Source: Asterias rubens (lineage: Eukaryota). From it: 64,000 nucleotides of DNA. The DNA is taken from contig NC_047074.1 of the NCBI RefSeq assembly GCF_902459465.1, positions 13,764,001 to 13,828,000 on the forward strand, written 5' to 3'. Made by a program: the position numbers and the translations under genes. Within the stretch, counting starts at the first letter, position 1; each line of letters opens with the position of its first letter. This document shows, piece after piece, positions 1-12,290 of the stretch. Below the pieces are notes generated by a model. The model worked only from the letters and a program-made list of their open reading frames with translations. It searched no databases and was not told where the DNA came from.

Positions 1-329
1 TTCCGGCTAATATTAATAAAACAATGTTTTATATTTTTACCAATCCTGTTAAATACCTTCAATCAAAGAAACTTTTATTACACAATGAGTAGACGCTGAA
101 GCTTTCATTTAGCATGTTTTAAAGATCTGAAGCTAGTTAATTATAAACGATAGTTTTCTTTATTATCGTGCATCATCACCATGGCAACAGAGTACCTCGC
201 GATGATGGAAATACAATCTGTTCTTCTAATTAAACTCATCCATCGTTGGTTATTTCCAAATTAATTCGATTTTTTTTTATACACAATGCATTTCATGAAA
301 CCTGATGGAAACTGATTGTTCGATATCAC

Positions 330-850
330 ATCGCAGGCTGGTGTAGTTTATCTACACTTCAAAATTAGTGAATAATATTGTTATTAGTATTTATTCGGCA
401 GATTAACAGTCAGACAATAGGAGGGTTGGCCGGCCGTTTGTAGATGCATTCACCGCATGCAGGCTGGCACAGTTTAATATTATATTTTAAGAGTACTGGA
501 TGATATTAAATGGTCAGACAGTGGGAGGGTTGACCGTCTACTGTATAGATGTATTTACCACATGATATCATACTGCAGCCTGGAATAGTCGATCTATCAT
601 TCAAAACACAGCGGATTGTATTGGAAGGTCAGACAGTGGTAGGATTGACTGTGTTCTGTGTGGCGCATCTACCACATGACAAACTGCAAGCTGGTGTAGT
701 TAATCAGTGGATATTGTTAAACGGTCAGTCAGTAGGAGGGTTAACTGTGTACTGTGTAGATGCGTTCACCACATGATATCATATTACAGGCTAGCATAGT
801 TTATCTATCATTCAAAACCATAGTGGATAACAGTGAAGTCAGACAGTATG
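330..850. repeat. Degenerate ~100-115 bp tandem repeat in the CDC16 3' UTR region
   Basis: Recurring ggtcagacagtrggagggttgac...gtagatgcattyaccacatgatatc...gcaggctgg units; reverse-complement relatives at ~23490-23640 and ~25705-25860. Confidence 0.7.
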
Positions 851-910
851 AGGGTAAGGCTTACAGTTCCAGGGAACATTATTCAACTAGATGATGTCAT
901 GATGACGTCA

Positions 911-3900
911 TCAGTCGTTATCTTCCATCTCAACCTCAATGTCGAGACTTGAGGAGGTGTCATCCTTTGTCATCATCATCTCTTCTTTAGGAGCAGTTGG
1001 TGTGACCAGTTCAGACATGTCAATACTGCCTCCTGCAAGAGAAACAAAGCGTCTTACTTCAAGATGTGATGCATGCATCTTGGATTAGGGAAGGGTGCAT
1101 TTATTTCAACCCACTAAGGGACCTTGTCAGAACGGTAGGAACAATCTTAGGGACCTTGTCAAAATTAGTCCAGGACGCCCAGCAGGACAAGGTTTTTACC
1201 CGTCATAAATTAACCTTTAAAAGTGGGTGTTGGAGAATACTTGGCCTACATTACAAACCGCAGAGACTACTGGAAAACAGGAGTCTCTACATGACACTAA
1301 AAAAAAAACTACACATACTTACCATCACTTGGTGATGTTTCTAAGATGTATTGTTCAATAGCTCTGGCCAGCATTGTTTCTGAGAAGACGTACCGTCTAC
1401 CGACGCCCAAAGCCTGCACAGAAACAAAGTGATTTCGAAATTTAAAAAGAGGGTCAGAATTTTAAAATGAATAATTTTGTTTTACATATTTTGAAGTATT
1501 CTTTCAGACATCTGCACTGAGATGGTAACATAAAAATTATTTCAAGAATAAAATTTAAAACAAGAAAACAAATTGTTTGCTAATTTCGTTTTTTACCCAA
1601 ACACAGATGTACGTTAGCACTGTATACTTAGTACTTGCCCGAGTTCTGCGAAGAAAAAAATCACGAGCATATTACTCGGGTGGGATTCTTTATCGCCAAT
1701 GCAAATTTAACATCTATTATATCGTTGCGGTACCCCCTGCCAAAACAAAGGATCCGAACTGCCTCTAGCTACCAGGCAATCTCGTTAGTCTAGATGGTAA
1801 GACACTGCTCTAGAATTGCAAGGGTCGTGGGTTCGAATCCCACCCAAGTAATAATGCCTGTGATATTTTTTCACAGGACTTGGGAAAGTACTGAGTATAC
1901 AGTGCTAACACACATCGGTGTATGGGTAAAAACCAAAATTAATATTCTTCATCCCCGATGCAAACTTAACATCTGTTAAATTATTTGTTGGTGTTGTAAA
2001 CACACGTTTGTGATGTGTGTGCGAAACAGCCTTGTGACGTCAAAATTAGCTTTGATTTGATTCGCAGGAAGTATACACTAGGCTTTACTGTTCTTATTTA
2101 GGGTTCATTCATCTGTCCTTACCTTGTGGAAGTAATCAATGGCCGTACTAAAGTCTCCCATTAGAGTATGAACATAACCAATAGCAGAGAATGACGATGG
2201 ACTGTGAGGGCAGAGAACCAAAGCCTGCCGATGGTAATCCAACGATTGATCGTACTTTCTGTTATCAAATCAAATCAAATTCAATCAAATATAATCAATA
2301 AGAACCTAATAAAATCAAGTGTATTGAAATAAATGATCTACAAAACTAGACTAATCATAACAAAGTAGCTCTAAATATAATTTAATTTAATTTAAATTAA
2401 TCAAATCCCAGTAAAATTTATAAAAGAAATAATTTGTTTTAAATGTAATCCCTCCAAGAATCAGAATTAGGTACTTCAGTTATATTAAATACTTCAGGAA
2501 GATCATGAGTTCCCATAGTCTGAACGATACTCAAAGCTTTCATGAAATACTCAAAAGTTTCAAATCCTACTAAACTCAGACAGACTGAACTTACTTGAGT
2601 TTCCTGCTGACGTGTCCGAGGTTATTGAGTAAAGGTTCCCACTTCTCAGGAAGATCATGAGTTCCCATAGTCTGAACGATACTCAAAGCTTTCATGAAGT
2701 ACTTCTCCGCTTCATCCCAACTGCAAAGGAAAAAAAAAAAAATAATCCTTAGGTTCACAGAACTTTCAAATTCCTTTTAAAGGATTTGGGTACACAAAAC
2801 GCAATGTCCACAGATTTACATTAAACTTATACCATTTGAAGATAATGATAGAAGAAAGCGTACCTTAAAATATTAGTTGCTGAGGAGCTGTAGTTTTTGA
2901 GAAATGAGTTCAACGATGTCATGAAAATAAGTTTTTACATGCTAAAATAATTTTCGTCTCATGATAACTGAGACGAAAATTATTTTCATGACATGGTTTT
3001 ACTCATTTCTCAAAAACTACAGCCCCTCAGCAAGTAATATTTTTCAGGGAAGCTTTCTACTATCATTTCCTTCAAACTGTGTAAGTTTAGTGTAAATCTG
3101 TGGACAGTGTTTTTTGTCCTACAAAAAGAACCTAGACCCTTTAAATGTTTTCACACTCACACACAATGGGCAACCTACACAATAACTCTGGCCCTCTAAC
3201 CACGGTTCTACTTTCAGAGGAACCAGTCAGAGCAGTGCTAACTCAACACTGAAATCTCTGAATCTTTATCAAATAGACCCAGCATCTAAATACTCTTCGG
3301 TCTCCTGATTCTTGATGATGACTAGAGCAGGCTAGTCGAAACATTGAGAGCAATAAAGAACTCGCTCTGCAGCAGTACAGTTAACAATGGGAAGACCCCT
3401 CGATCCAATAAAGCAAAAGTAGTAGTCCCAGCTATCTTCCACAAAATAGAGACACCGCCAATATAGGGCAAGATAGCTCAGTTGGTAGAGCGCCGGCACG
3501 TTAATCCGGAGGTCGTTGGTTCGAATCCCACTCTAGTCAATTCTTTGTTCAACCCCAAAAATCATTTACAAATTTACCCAGTCAGTTTCCCTTGTGGTTT
3601 ATATTGATATCTTCCACTTCAACAGACTTTCCCTAGGAAAACTTGAAAACCTACGTCTTATGTTTGTTTCGTTATAATTGATGAACTTACTCTCCGTTGT
3701 GGAATTCAACAACCCCCATCTCATGAAGGACAAACGGATCGCTTGGAGCAATCGCCAACGCCTGATCAAAAAACTTCTCCGCCAGTTTGAAGTTTTTGGT
3801 CAGTCCGTACTCCAGACCCACAAACAGGAGCGGAAGATGACATCTGAGTTTCAAGCAGAGGAAAAACAAAATCAATGATAAGAAGCAAACATGAAGTTTT

Positions 3901-6900
3901 AGAAAGCTTGAATGTAGAAGAAACAACCACAAGACCACAGCACCACAAACCTGTCTAATCCCCAGGGAGCTGAGAAAGATTAAAGAATCGTTATTGGCCC
4001 AATGACCAGGATAATTAAAGCGCATTGAGACGTTATTGTGAAATGCGGTATATAAGAACCAGCTACTATTATTAAAATTAGGAGATTTTTTGCAACCGCA
4101 ACTTACCCTTTCATGAGCTGTGATGCAGTGAAGTAAGCTGCCATAGCCTGGTCATGCTCTCCCTCTGCGGCAAATGAGTGACCAAAGGCTAGCCAGGCGG
4201 GGCCATACAACCTGTCTAGTGTTGTTGCTTTACTACAGAGAAAGACACGGTTCAAGAAATGTTAAATTTGCATCGGGGATAACGAATATTCATTTTTGGT
4301 TTACCCATTTACATCGATGTGTGTTAACACTGTATACTCAGTACTTTCCTGAGCTCTGAGAAAAATATGCCTGTGATTTTTTTCACAGAACTCGAAACCA
4401 AAATGAATAAACACAGTTTAGTTTAACAAACAACCTGTAGTTGTGAACTTTCAGAAGTAAAACGTTCCACATTTTGTTCTTGACACACAGGTCTGAAGAA
4501 CCATATGTAGAAAAAGAAAGTCATAAAAACAACGAGCGTGAGTGAACTAGGCTGCTTGGCCTCGATATGCCACACCATAAGAAAAGAAAAAAGAAAAAAA
4601 CATTTAAAAAATATTTGTAAAAATATGCATGCAAAGAAAATAACTTCCAAACACTAAAATGATAGAATATAAAATATAAAACAATAAAAAATCAATAAAA
4701 ATTACTATCTATTAAATAATAATAATGGTTACCTGAAGAATCTTCGTGCTGAGTCATTCTTGCCGACTAAGTAATAATAACAGCCGACGGCAAACCATGA
4801 GATTGGCTTACTTGGGTATAAATCAACCAATTTGTGGGCCAGATAAAATAAATCTATCAAGAAAAGGGAGACATAAAGGGGGAAAATATTTACAAAAATT
4901 CACAGAGCATAATGGTTTAGGAATAATCTTATTAATTGCTTCTTATATAGCGCTTAAAGGAACACGTTGCCTTGGATCTGTCGAGTTGGTCTATAAAAAG
5001 CGTTTGTAACAGTTTGTTATAAAATGCATATGGTTAGAAAGATGTTAAAGTAGAACACAATGATCCACACAAACATGCCTCGAAATTTACCTCGTCGACT
5101 AGCACAGTCGGCCATTTATGGGAGTCAAATTTTTTACTCCCATAAATGGCCGACCGTGTTAGTTCGCAAAGTAAAAGGAAAGTAAAACCATGCAATTTTC
5201 GAGGCAAATTTGTGTAGATCATTGCATTCTTCTTTTAAAACATCTTTCTAACCATTTTATAACAAACGGTTACAAACGCTTTTTATAGACCAACTCGTCC
5301 GATCCAAGGCAACGTGTTCCTTTAAATCAGTCACTCAAACACACTCATTGCGCTTCAGCATTCAGTATTATCCGACAAGGTATGCCGCCCTACGTTTTGA
5401 AGTATAAGACCTAATCCTTTACAAGGTGCTGTTGCACAATTTGCAGCCAATCAAACCACTTCTCTTAACAATAAGTGCACTGTTTTATTTAACGTGCATT
5501 AAACAACATATGGGACAATGGCTTTATCTCCCATTATGAGGAACGCAGCAATAGTAGTCAAGTGTCATGACTGGGACTCAAAACCCACACTCTGCTGATC
5601 AGAAACACCAGAGCTTGAGTCCAGTGCTCTTATCCGCAAGGCCACCGATCGGACTGTTCAGTTGGACCGCCCGTATAGGCGTAAGTTTGGGTTTCATTAT
5701 GTTTTGTTTATTCTTCATTTTCTATTGTATAATGTTTTCATTTTGTGTAGGCGCCTTGATCGGTTTTCTGAAAAAGTGCGCATTATAAATCCATATTATT
5801 ATTATTATTATTATTAAGTGCCATTGGAACTTTCAAATTACTAAATACTTTACGCACAAACCACCCGTGCTAACTTACCGTTAGATTTCCGGAGCTCTAC
5901 TAGTGTAGCGATGTGCAGGGGTAGACACGACCCATGATAGGGGTCTTTACTTAAAACTCTGCAAGAAAGAAAACAAACAATATCATTACGAGAATGTTCC
6001 ATTTAAGAAAGAAGCTAAAAAGACACATCCTTTTCATCTAACAACTCACACCTGTTATCTTCATGTAATTCCTTTTCCAAATAGTGGACTTAACAGGATC
6101 ATGCACAAACCAGTAGGGCTACTGACTGTCCTTGTAGACAGGTTTCCTCAGGCTTGTGAGCTACTGTTATTAAAGACACTGGACACCTTTGGCAATTGTC
6201 CAAGACCAGTCTTCTCACTTGGCGTATCTCAACATATGCACAAAATAGCAAACCTGTGAAAATTTGAGCTCAATCAGTCGTTGAAGTTGCGAGATAATAA
6301 TGGAAGAAAAAATACCCTTGTCACACGAAGTTGTGTGCTTTCAGATGCTTGATTTTGAGTCCTCAAAATCAAATTCTGAGGTCTCAAAATCAAATTCAAA
6401 TATATTAGTGGAAAATTACTTCTTTCTCGAAAACTACATTACTTCAGAGGGAGCCGCTTCTCACAATGTTTAATACTATCAACAGCTCTCCATTCATCGT
6501 AACAAGTACGTTTTTATGCTAACAGTGATTACCGCCAGTGTCCAGTGCCTTTAAGTTTACTAACGAGGCATCCTTGGTTCCATTACCAGTTATATGTAAT
6601 AATTAATAAAAGATAGGTAGCTAGCACTCATTGCAGTTAAACTCCTGCCTCGGCCAATTAGGCACCACTGAAAACCTTTTAAAATAAATTAGCAACATTT
6701 TTAAAACTAACTGAGCTCTTACTCTGATGTGATCTTGTGTGACGTCCTAAAGTCACAATTGTAGTAATGCCTCTCTGCTAGCGCTGTAACTACCTCCATG
6801 TTGTCCTTTAAAGGCTCAAGACAAACGGGTAACGTGGACTCTGATGGCTTGTCATACTGAGTAGAAAAAAACCAAGTTGACATAGATGAAGAGTAGAAGC

Positions 6901-9900
6901 TATTAGTATTTTTATAAACGATTGATCACACTATGAACATGAACTCTGTTGGTGACTATTTTGTCAGCTCTACCAATACTGTGTAATACATAAAACTCCA
7001 CAAACCTTCTTCAGGATAGTCTCATATACACTTTTCACCACCTCCATTTCCGCAAGTCGGCAATTCTTGGTCAGCGGAAGTGAATCTAACAAAGATCTTT
7101 CTGTAATGACAAAAAGAAAAAAAAGAAATAATTTGCAGCCAATCTTGAACTAAATGAGTCCCTTAAAAGGCCCATTATTCTACAGATGACCTCAATGAAA
7201 CAATATCCTCCTCTTTTATAATAATAGTAAATAATAATAAGCGATTTTTACAAAGCACTTTATCACAGCCCGAAGATTCTTCAAAAGGCTTCCAACATTA
7301 CTACCTCTGGTCACTGGGCCCTAATTCATTCCTTTCTCAGCTCCCTGGGGAACATACAGTCAGTATTGCGAGTTACCGCGCTCCAAGCTAATCAATCATA
7401 TAAACCATCTCTGCCCTCAAAGGTACCCATTTTACCCCTGGGTGGAGAGAAGCAATGGTTAAGTGTCTTTCTGCAAGACATAAGTGTCACGACCGGGATT
7501 CGAACCCACATCCAAGACACCAGGCCTCAAAATAACCCACGGCACCCCAAGCAATTGCAATTGAAATTGTTTGGCCAGGACATGCCCAGTCTCTGAAAGG
7601 CCCCTTGAGGCATAGAAAAGATTAGTCTTGGTTTCAAGACACTCCAGTGACGTAGTCATGAAAACCTAACCGCTATCTAAACCACTTGTCACTAGAGGGC
7701 GCTATCATGCCTGTAATTGCTATCATGCCACGAACCGCTAACCCAAGACGCTCCTGTGCTGATAGCGGTTACAGGAATGATAGCTCCCTGTAGTGGCAAG
7801 TGGCTCATTGGGTGATAGTGGTTTAGATAACGGGTAGGTTCTCGAGACGACATCACTGGAGCGTCTTTGAAACAAGACTAAGAAAAGATATTTGCACTGA
7901 CCTTCACTAGCCGTCAACATCTGATGTTTGACCAACAACTCAAACGCTTCGAAGCAGTACGGGTCTTTCTGTAACGCCCTACGGTAGTTTTCAGCAGCCA
8001 GGACTCTGTTCTCCATGGCTTCGTAAATCTGACCTCGTAGTAAACAGATTGAGCTCTCGACCTATGAAATGAAAACAATGATTTGAGACCAACCAAAAAT
8101 GTTAACTCCTTTGCAACAAAATTGCCTGGACACAAACAACCGCTGTTGACTGCATTGTTTGATCACCCAAGTTTGAAGCACACATTCTTACACAACAGGA
8201 AGTTTTCATTCAAAGGCCAACTTTACCAACTAGCATATCGGGACGCTATGAAAGAATTGCGTGCTGATAACGTGTCAATTTCAGCCAATAAAACAAACTT
8301 CTTCTTTTTTTCTTTTTGTAGAATTTCACAAAAATCATCGAAAGAAAACCATACTTTGAAGCTGTATTACATTTTGGAGTGGGATTCCTTCCGTGTCGCT
8401 GCTATCTGTGAATATGTCCTCATCTTTGTTTTTCCCTGGCGTCTTGACTGAGCTGTCAGACATCTCCAAGATGTTCAAAGCATCTTCCCATTCCTTGACG
8501 GCTGCCTACGAAGATAAAAGAAACAACCTCTTGAATCTTTCTCTTTCCTGATGTCTCTGACATAGTAATAAGTGTTTGGGTGTCTTTTTTTTATCAAAAA
8601 ATGTTCATGCACCACCCATGCAGCTCAGATCATCTGACACCAAACTTCTTAACAATACACGGACACGTCACTCATGGGGAACCCTGGCCTTCTTACACTC
8701 TGGCCATCACTATGGAATGAACTTCCTCCCAATCTCAGACAAGTCACTATATACCAGCTTCAAAACTCTTTTGAAAACATATTTTGGTGCATGAAATTTT
8801 CATCTATGTAACTTATTGCACTGTAGGTCCACTTACTTCTGCATCTCTCCTGCACCAGAAGTGTCCTTTAGACGACACGGTGCATTAAAAATGAACACTA
8901 TTGTTATTATTGAATCACTAAAAAAAACTGCAATTTAAACTTACATGACATTTTGCCGTCAGGAACTGACACGCCTTGCTGGCCTGCAAAATATTAAGAA
9001 CAAAATTGCAAACACTTTGTTATTAAGTCAGCTATAGAGTGAACAATCTCTTAGAGATATTTGCCTGATAAGTACCAAAGAATTCACAAGGAAACCAGGG
9101 GCCGATTTCACAAAGATCTAAGATTGGTTCTAATCAATCGTAGTTGCTAAGTTAAACATGATATATTACAATACAAATCACTATGGTAATTGCCATTTTT
9201 GCTCCTGGTCATTGCCTTGGTGCCCCTAGAACTATTCCAATAGAAACGTTACAATTTCCTCACAGACGTAAGTTTTACTTAGGAGAAAGTGCATTGGTGC
9301 CTCTGCCCTCTCAAGCCCTAAGCATCAGGCCTGGTCTTGGTCTCAACCAGTAAATTTTGTAACTAAACATTTTTTAACCTTTCTCTCTAAAACAACTTTC
9401 CTTAAAAGGAAGCATTTATCAAATTGTTTTACACTGTCAACAGCTGCAGTGCCTCTTACCATGTATGTTTTATGGTCATTAATTTTATGGAATGATTACC
9501 AAAAGGTACATATAAGCTCCCTTCAAGTTCAGTATCAAGACCAGAGCTTGAGTCAAGTGCACTTGAACGCTCAGCCATGACACCGAAATGCTGAAAATTA
9601 CTGTTCTTCATATACATATATTGCCAAATATTGATTTAGAAGCTGCTTTAATCTCAATTCTTAAAAAAGCTACTGAACAAGATTTCACTAACCTTGTCTA
9701 GTTTCTTACTCTGAAGTAGATGAGCTGCCCGATGATATTGTCCCGTCAGATAAAGAGTCTGCGCTAACCAATAAACATCAACTACGTCCGCTACGAGTCC
9801 ATGAGTGGAAATAGAAATTCATACAATTGTATTGGGTTGAAACAAACAAAAAACATGCTGTCAACAGCCACTTTTTCACTTAAATATAAACAATAAAATA

Positions 9901-11038
9901 ACTATTTGAGTAATTTTTTTATATAAAAAACCGAGCCTGTTGTCCAAATTTTAGCAGTTCAAATACAAAGTAAAAAAAATAGTTATTGTCCTGACGCTTT
10001 GAAGCTAGCAGTAGAGTCTTTCTTTTTAGCCATCAAGAAAAATTCTGCTGGGGTCGAAACGTCACACAATTTAATAATTTTTTATTAAATGTAATCCTTT
10101 TGGTTGGTTTACAAGCAGATTGAAAAATCAGATTCTGTTTTCTAAAATAAAAGTTAAAAAGGTAAGGGCACCAAATGCATTTTGTTCTTCTATATTTCAA
10201 GGGACAAGAGGGCACCAAGGCAAGTGCATGGGGCAATGTAGGCAATTGTATCTGTTGCCTCAGACTTTGTTGGAAAAAGAAATGTTTAACTTTTAACTTA
10301 TATGAAGTAAACACCTACCGTCTGATAACGACACAAGTTTGTCCGCCCAGAAATGTGCACTTTCATATTGATGCTGAAGAAAGGGATTTTAAAAATGACA
10401 AATATAATTCAGTTTAATTATTTCATTTACTTTCTTTATCTTTTTTGTTGTTTTATTAAATTTCATTTTAAAAAGTATGTTTTGGATAACTTTCCGTATG
10501 GCGGCACCACTTTTTCACTCATTACAGAAAGGGATATCTCATTGATTGAGGTATACTACTACTATATTAATATTATTTCATATCGAATGAAAAAGTGGTG
10601 GCGCCATACATACGGAAATTTTTCCGTTAAATTAGTATAACAAGATTTTCACAGTGTCACAACTATTTTTTTTTTTTTGTCTTAAAAAAATACACCACTT
10701 TGCGACTCCCCCCCCCCCCCCCCCCCCCAATATTAAACAAATTGTTGCATTCTGGAAAAAAAAAGACTGGTGCCACCAAGTGGGTTTACTTATTAATGGC
10801 ACTGCCGTGCACGAAAGTGGGAACCATACTCTACAGAAAACTGCGATCAAAAAAGTAACTCACGATCGACTTTGGTGTTAGATTACTCAACTATTCAAGC
10901 AACTTTATGAACCAATATTCTCCAGATATTATCAGTATATTCTTAATATTAATTTATACTTACTTTATCGATGTAGGACTTGACTAAAGTCCGTAACTTG
11001 CAAACATCAAGTCCTTCCGTACCTTTTCTGTCATTCAT
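911..11038 (-). CDS. CDC16: Cell division cycle protein 16 (APC/C subunit 6, TPR protein), 16 exons, ~581 aa
   Basis: Exons in transcription order: 11038-10964, 10373-10319, 9790-9693, 8983-8945, 8505-8371, 8061-7902, 7100-7006, 6856-6723, 5958-5879, 4853-4733, 4232-4107, 3843-3691, 2720-2595, 2258-2123, 1413-1323, 1032-911. All GT-AG; phases join to 1746 nt. Recognisable CDC16 peptides: HQYESAHFWADK, YWLAQTLYLTGQYHRA, LAERHYYNCDF, LFYLAHKLVDLYPS, HDQAMAAYFTASQLMKGCHLP, KWEPLLNNLGHVSRKL, SAIGYVHTLMGDF. Confidence 0.97.
1775..1985 (+). mobile_element. tRNA-derived SINE
   Basis: A-box-like TAGTCTAGATGG and B box GGTTCGAATCC. The body and tail are shared with a reverse copy at ~4255-4395 and with tails at ~59700-59950. 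Confidence 0.75.
2781..3140. mobile_element. TTAA-flanked MITE (Kolobok-type, AGG...CCT termini) with internal palindrome
   Basis: TTAA at 2777-2780 and 3141-3144; inner inverted repeat ctgaggagctgtagtttttgagaaatgag / ctcatttctcaaaaactacagcccctcag. Confidence 0.65.
3467..3600 (+). mobile_element. tRNA-Asn(GTT)-derived SINE / tRNA pseudogene
   Basis: Cloverleaf-like head with mismatches in the acceptor, anticodon and T stems, followed by a body (ttctttgttcaacccc...acccagtcagtttccc) seen elsewhere in the window (~25350, ~33630, ~17560). Confidence 0.7.
4958..5321. mobile_element. TTAA-flanked, fully palindromic MITE (AGGAACACGTTGCC family)
   Basis: TIRs aggaacacgttgccttggatc / gatccaaggcaacgtgttcct with TTAA on both sides. 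Relatives at 48250-48610, ~39950-40210 and ~37060-37250. Confidence 0.85.
6174..6550. mobile_element. TTAA-flanked MITE (AGGCACTGGACAC family)
   Basis: TIRs agacactggacac / gtgtccagtgcct with TTAA at 6170-6173 and 6551-6554. Many relatives in the window. Confidence 0.85.
8590..8915 (+). mobile_element. L2/CR1-like LINE 3' remnant
   Basis: Degenerate LRSS...RTRHSWG..AF....LWNELP..LR...FKTLLKT reverse-transcriptase C-terminal tail followed by a (TAT)n-like end. Confidence 0.65.
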
Positions 11039-11060
11039 TTTGATTATTCTTGCCCGCCAT

Positions 11061-11262
11061 TGCAATATGAACTATGACCTTTATAACAGCCAATCAGAAT
11101 ACACGTATTATATATGTGGGTAGGGTAGTTTGTTACAAGTATTTTCAGTGGCTGTTCATCTAGAGGCCAATATTTTTCTGACATGCGCAAAGTTGTCAAC
11201 AGCAACCATCAACAATATTCAGTGCATGCACATGCAGTGCGAGCGAGATGAAATTTTGACCG
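11061..11262. promoter_or_regulatory. Candidate bidirectional promoter CDC16/AKAP14, including a putative AKAP14 non-coding first exon ending at the CG|GTAAGT donor (11262/11263)
   Basis: CCAAT boxes at ~11090 and ~11167 and a consensus donor on + lie within ~200 bp of the CDC16 start region. Transcription start sites cannot be seen directly. Confidence 0.6.
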
Positions 11263-12290
11263 GTAAGTTTTCTTTATTAATTTTCGTGATAGAATTAAAT
11301 CTGTAATGATGCTTTATATGGTATCGACGATAAGAGCTCTACGAACTAATGATATAACAATTTAACGAAGCATAAATGAGAAAAAACAAGGGATTAAAAA
11401 CACGAGCATGAGGCCGGAATTTGTTTTGGACTGTGTGTCAGCTGACTGTTGTTGTGATGAGCCGTGAGGACGGGGAGGACTCATTGTTGACTCATTGACT
11501 CATTGTTCTCATTGTTGAATAACTCAGAATGTACTGTCGGATAACTTTCCGTATAGCGCCACCACTTTTTCATTCGATATGAAATATAAATAGTATTTTA
11601 ATGTAGGCATCTAGTTCTACTTCTAATTTAAATTTACCTCAATGAGATATCCCTTTTTGTAAAAACGATTGAAAAAGTAGTGGCGCCATTATTTAATGTC
11701 TTTCGGTTCAGTGCTTTGCCTTTAAATGTTTAATAAAGTTGAGGATTAAGTCGCTAGCCTTTGCATTTACACTAAATTAGTGCAAATGCAGATGCTAGCG
11801 TGCCATGTGTAGTATCAAAACCTTATAGACCTTACGCATTGACGTCATCCAGCCACCATCTTTGAGGTCAAATGGTGACGAAACAATTGAAACGCACATA
11901 GATTGGCCAATGAACAACCTCCTTTTGACCTCAAGGCGAGGGCGCCGTACTGAAATGACGTCATGTGCATAAGGTCTATTATAATTATAAATTTTACAAG
12001 AACATGCAAAGTCAGCTCTACTCTATACACTACAGTCATGACACTGACACTGACAGTCAGACAGAAAAACAAAGTCAAATTACTTTCTCAAAAAATTATG
12101 TTACTTCGGAGGGAGTCGTTTCTCACAACGTTTTGTAATATCAGCTCTCCACCAAGTTTGTTATGCTAACACAATTATTTTGAGTAATAATACCAATAGT
12201 GTCCAGTGCCTTTAATTAAATGTGAATTCTAATGTTAATTTTGTTTTTTGGGGGTTTGACAGTGACCAGAGTCCAGACAGCAGAGGCAAC

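Noticed and set aside
549-776. 75 aa ORF with an internal repeat (GQTVVGLTVFCV)
   Set aside because: Translation of the degenerate satellite; neighbouring units contain stops and indels.
3467-3539. tRNA-Asn(GTT) gene
   Set aside because: Mismatches in the acceptor, anticodon and T stems, and it continues into a repeat body found elsewhere; it is a SINE head. The same applies to tRNA-like heads at ~1775, ~54063 and ~63125.
9986-10068. Additional hammerhead-like motif (CTGACGC...GTCGAAACGTC)
   Set aside because: The core A9 is missing and stem I does not pair convincingly; at best a heavily decayed relic.
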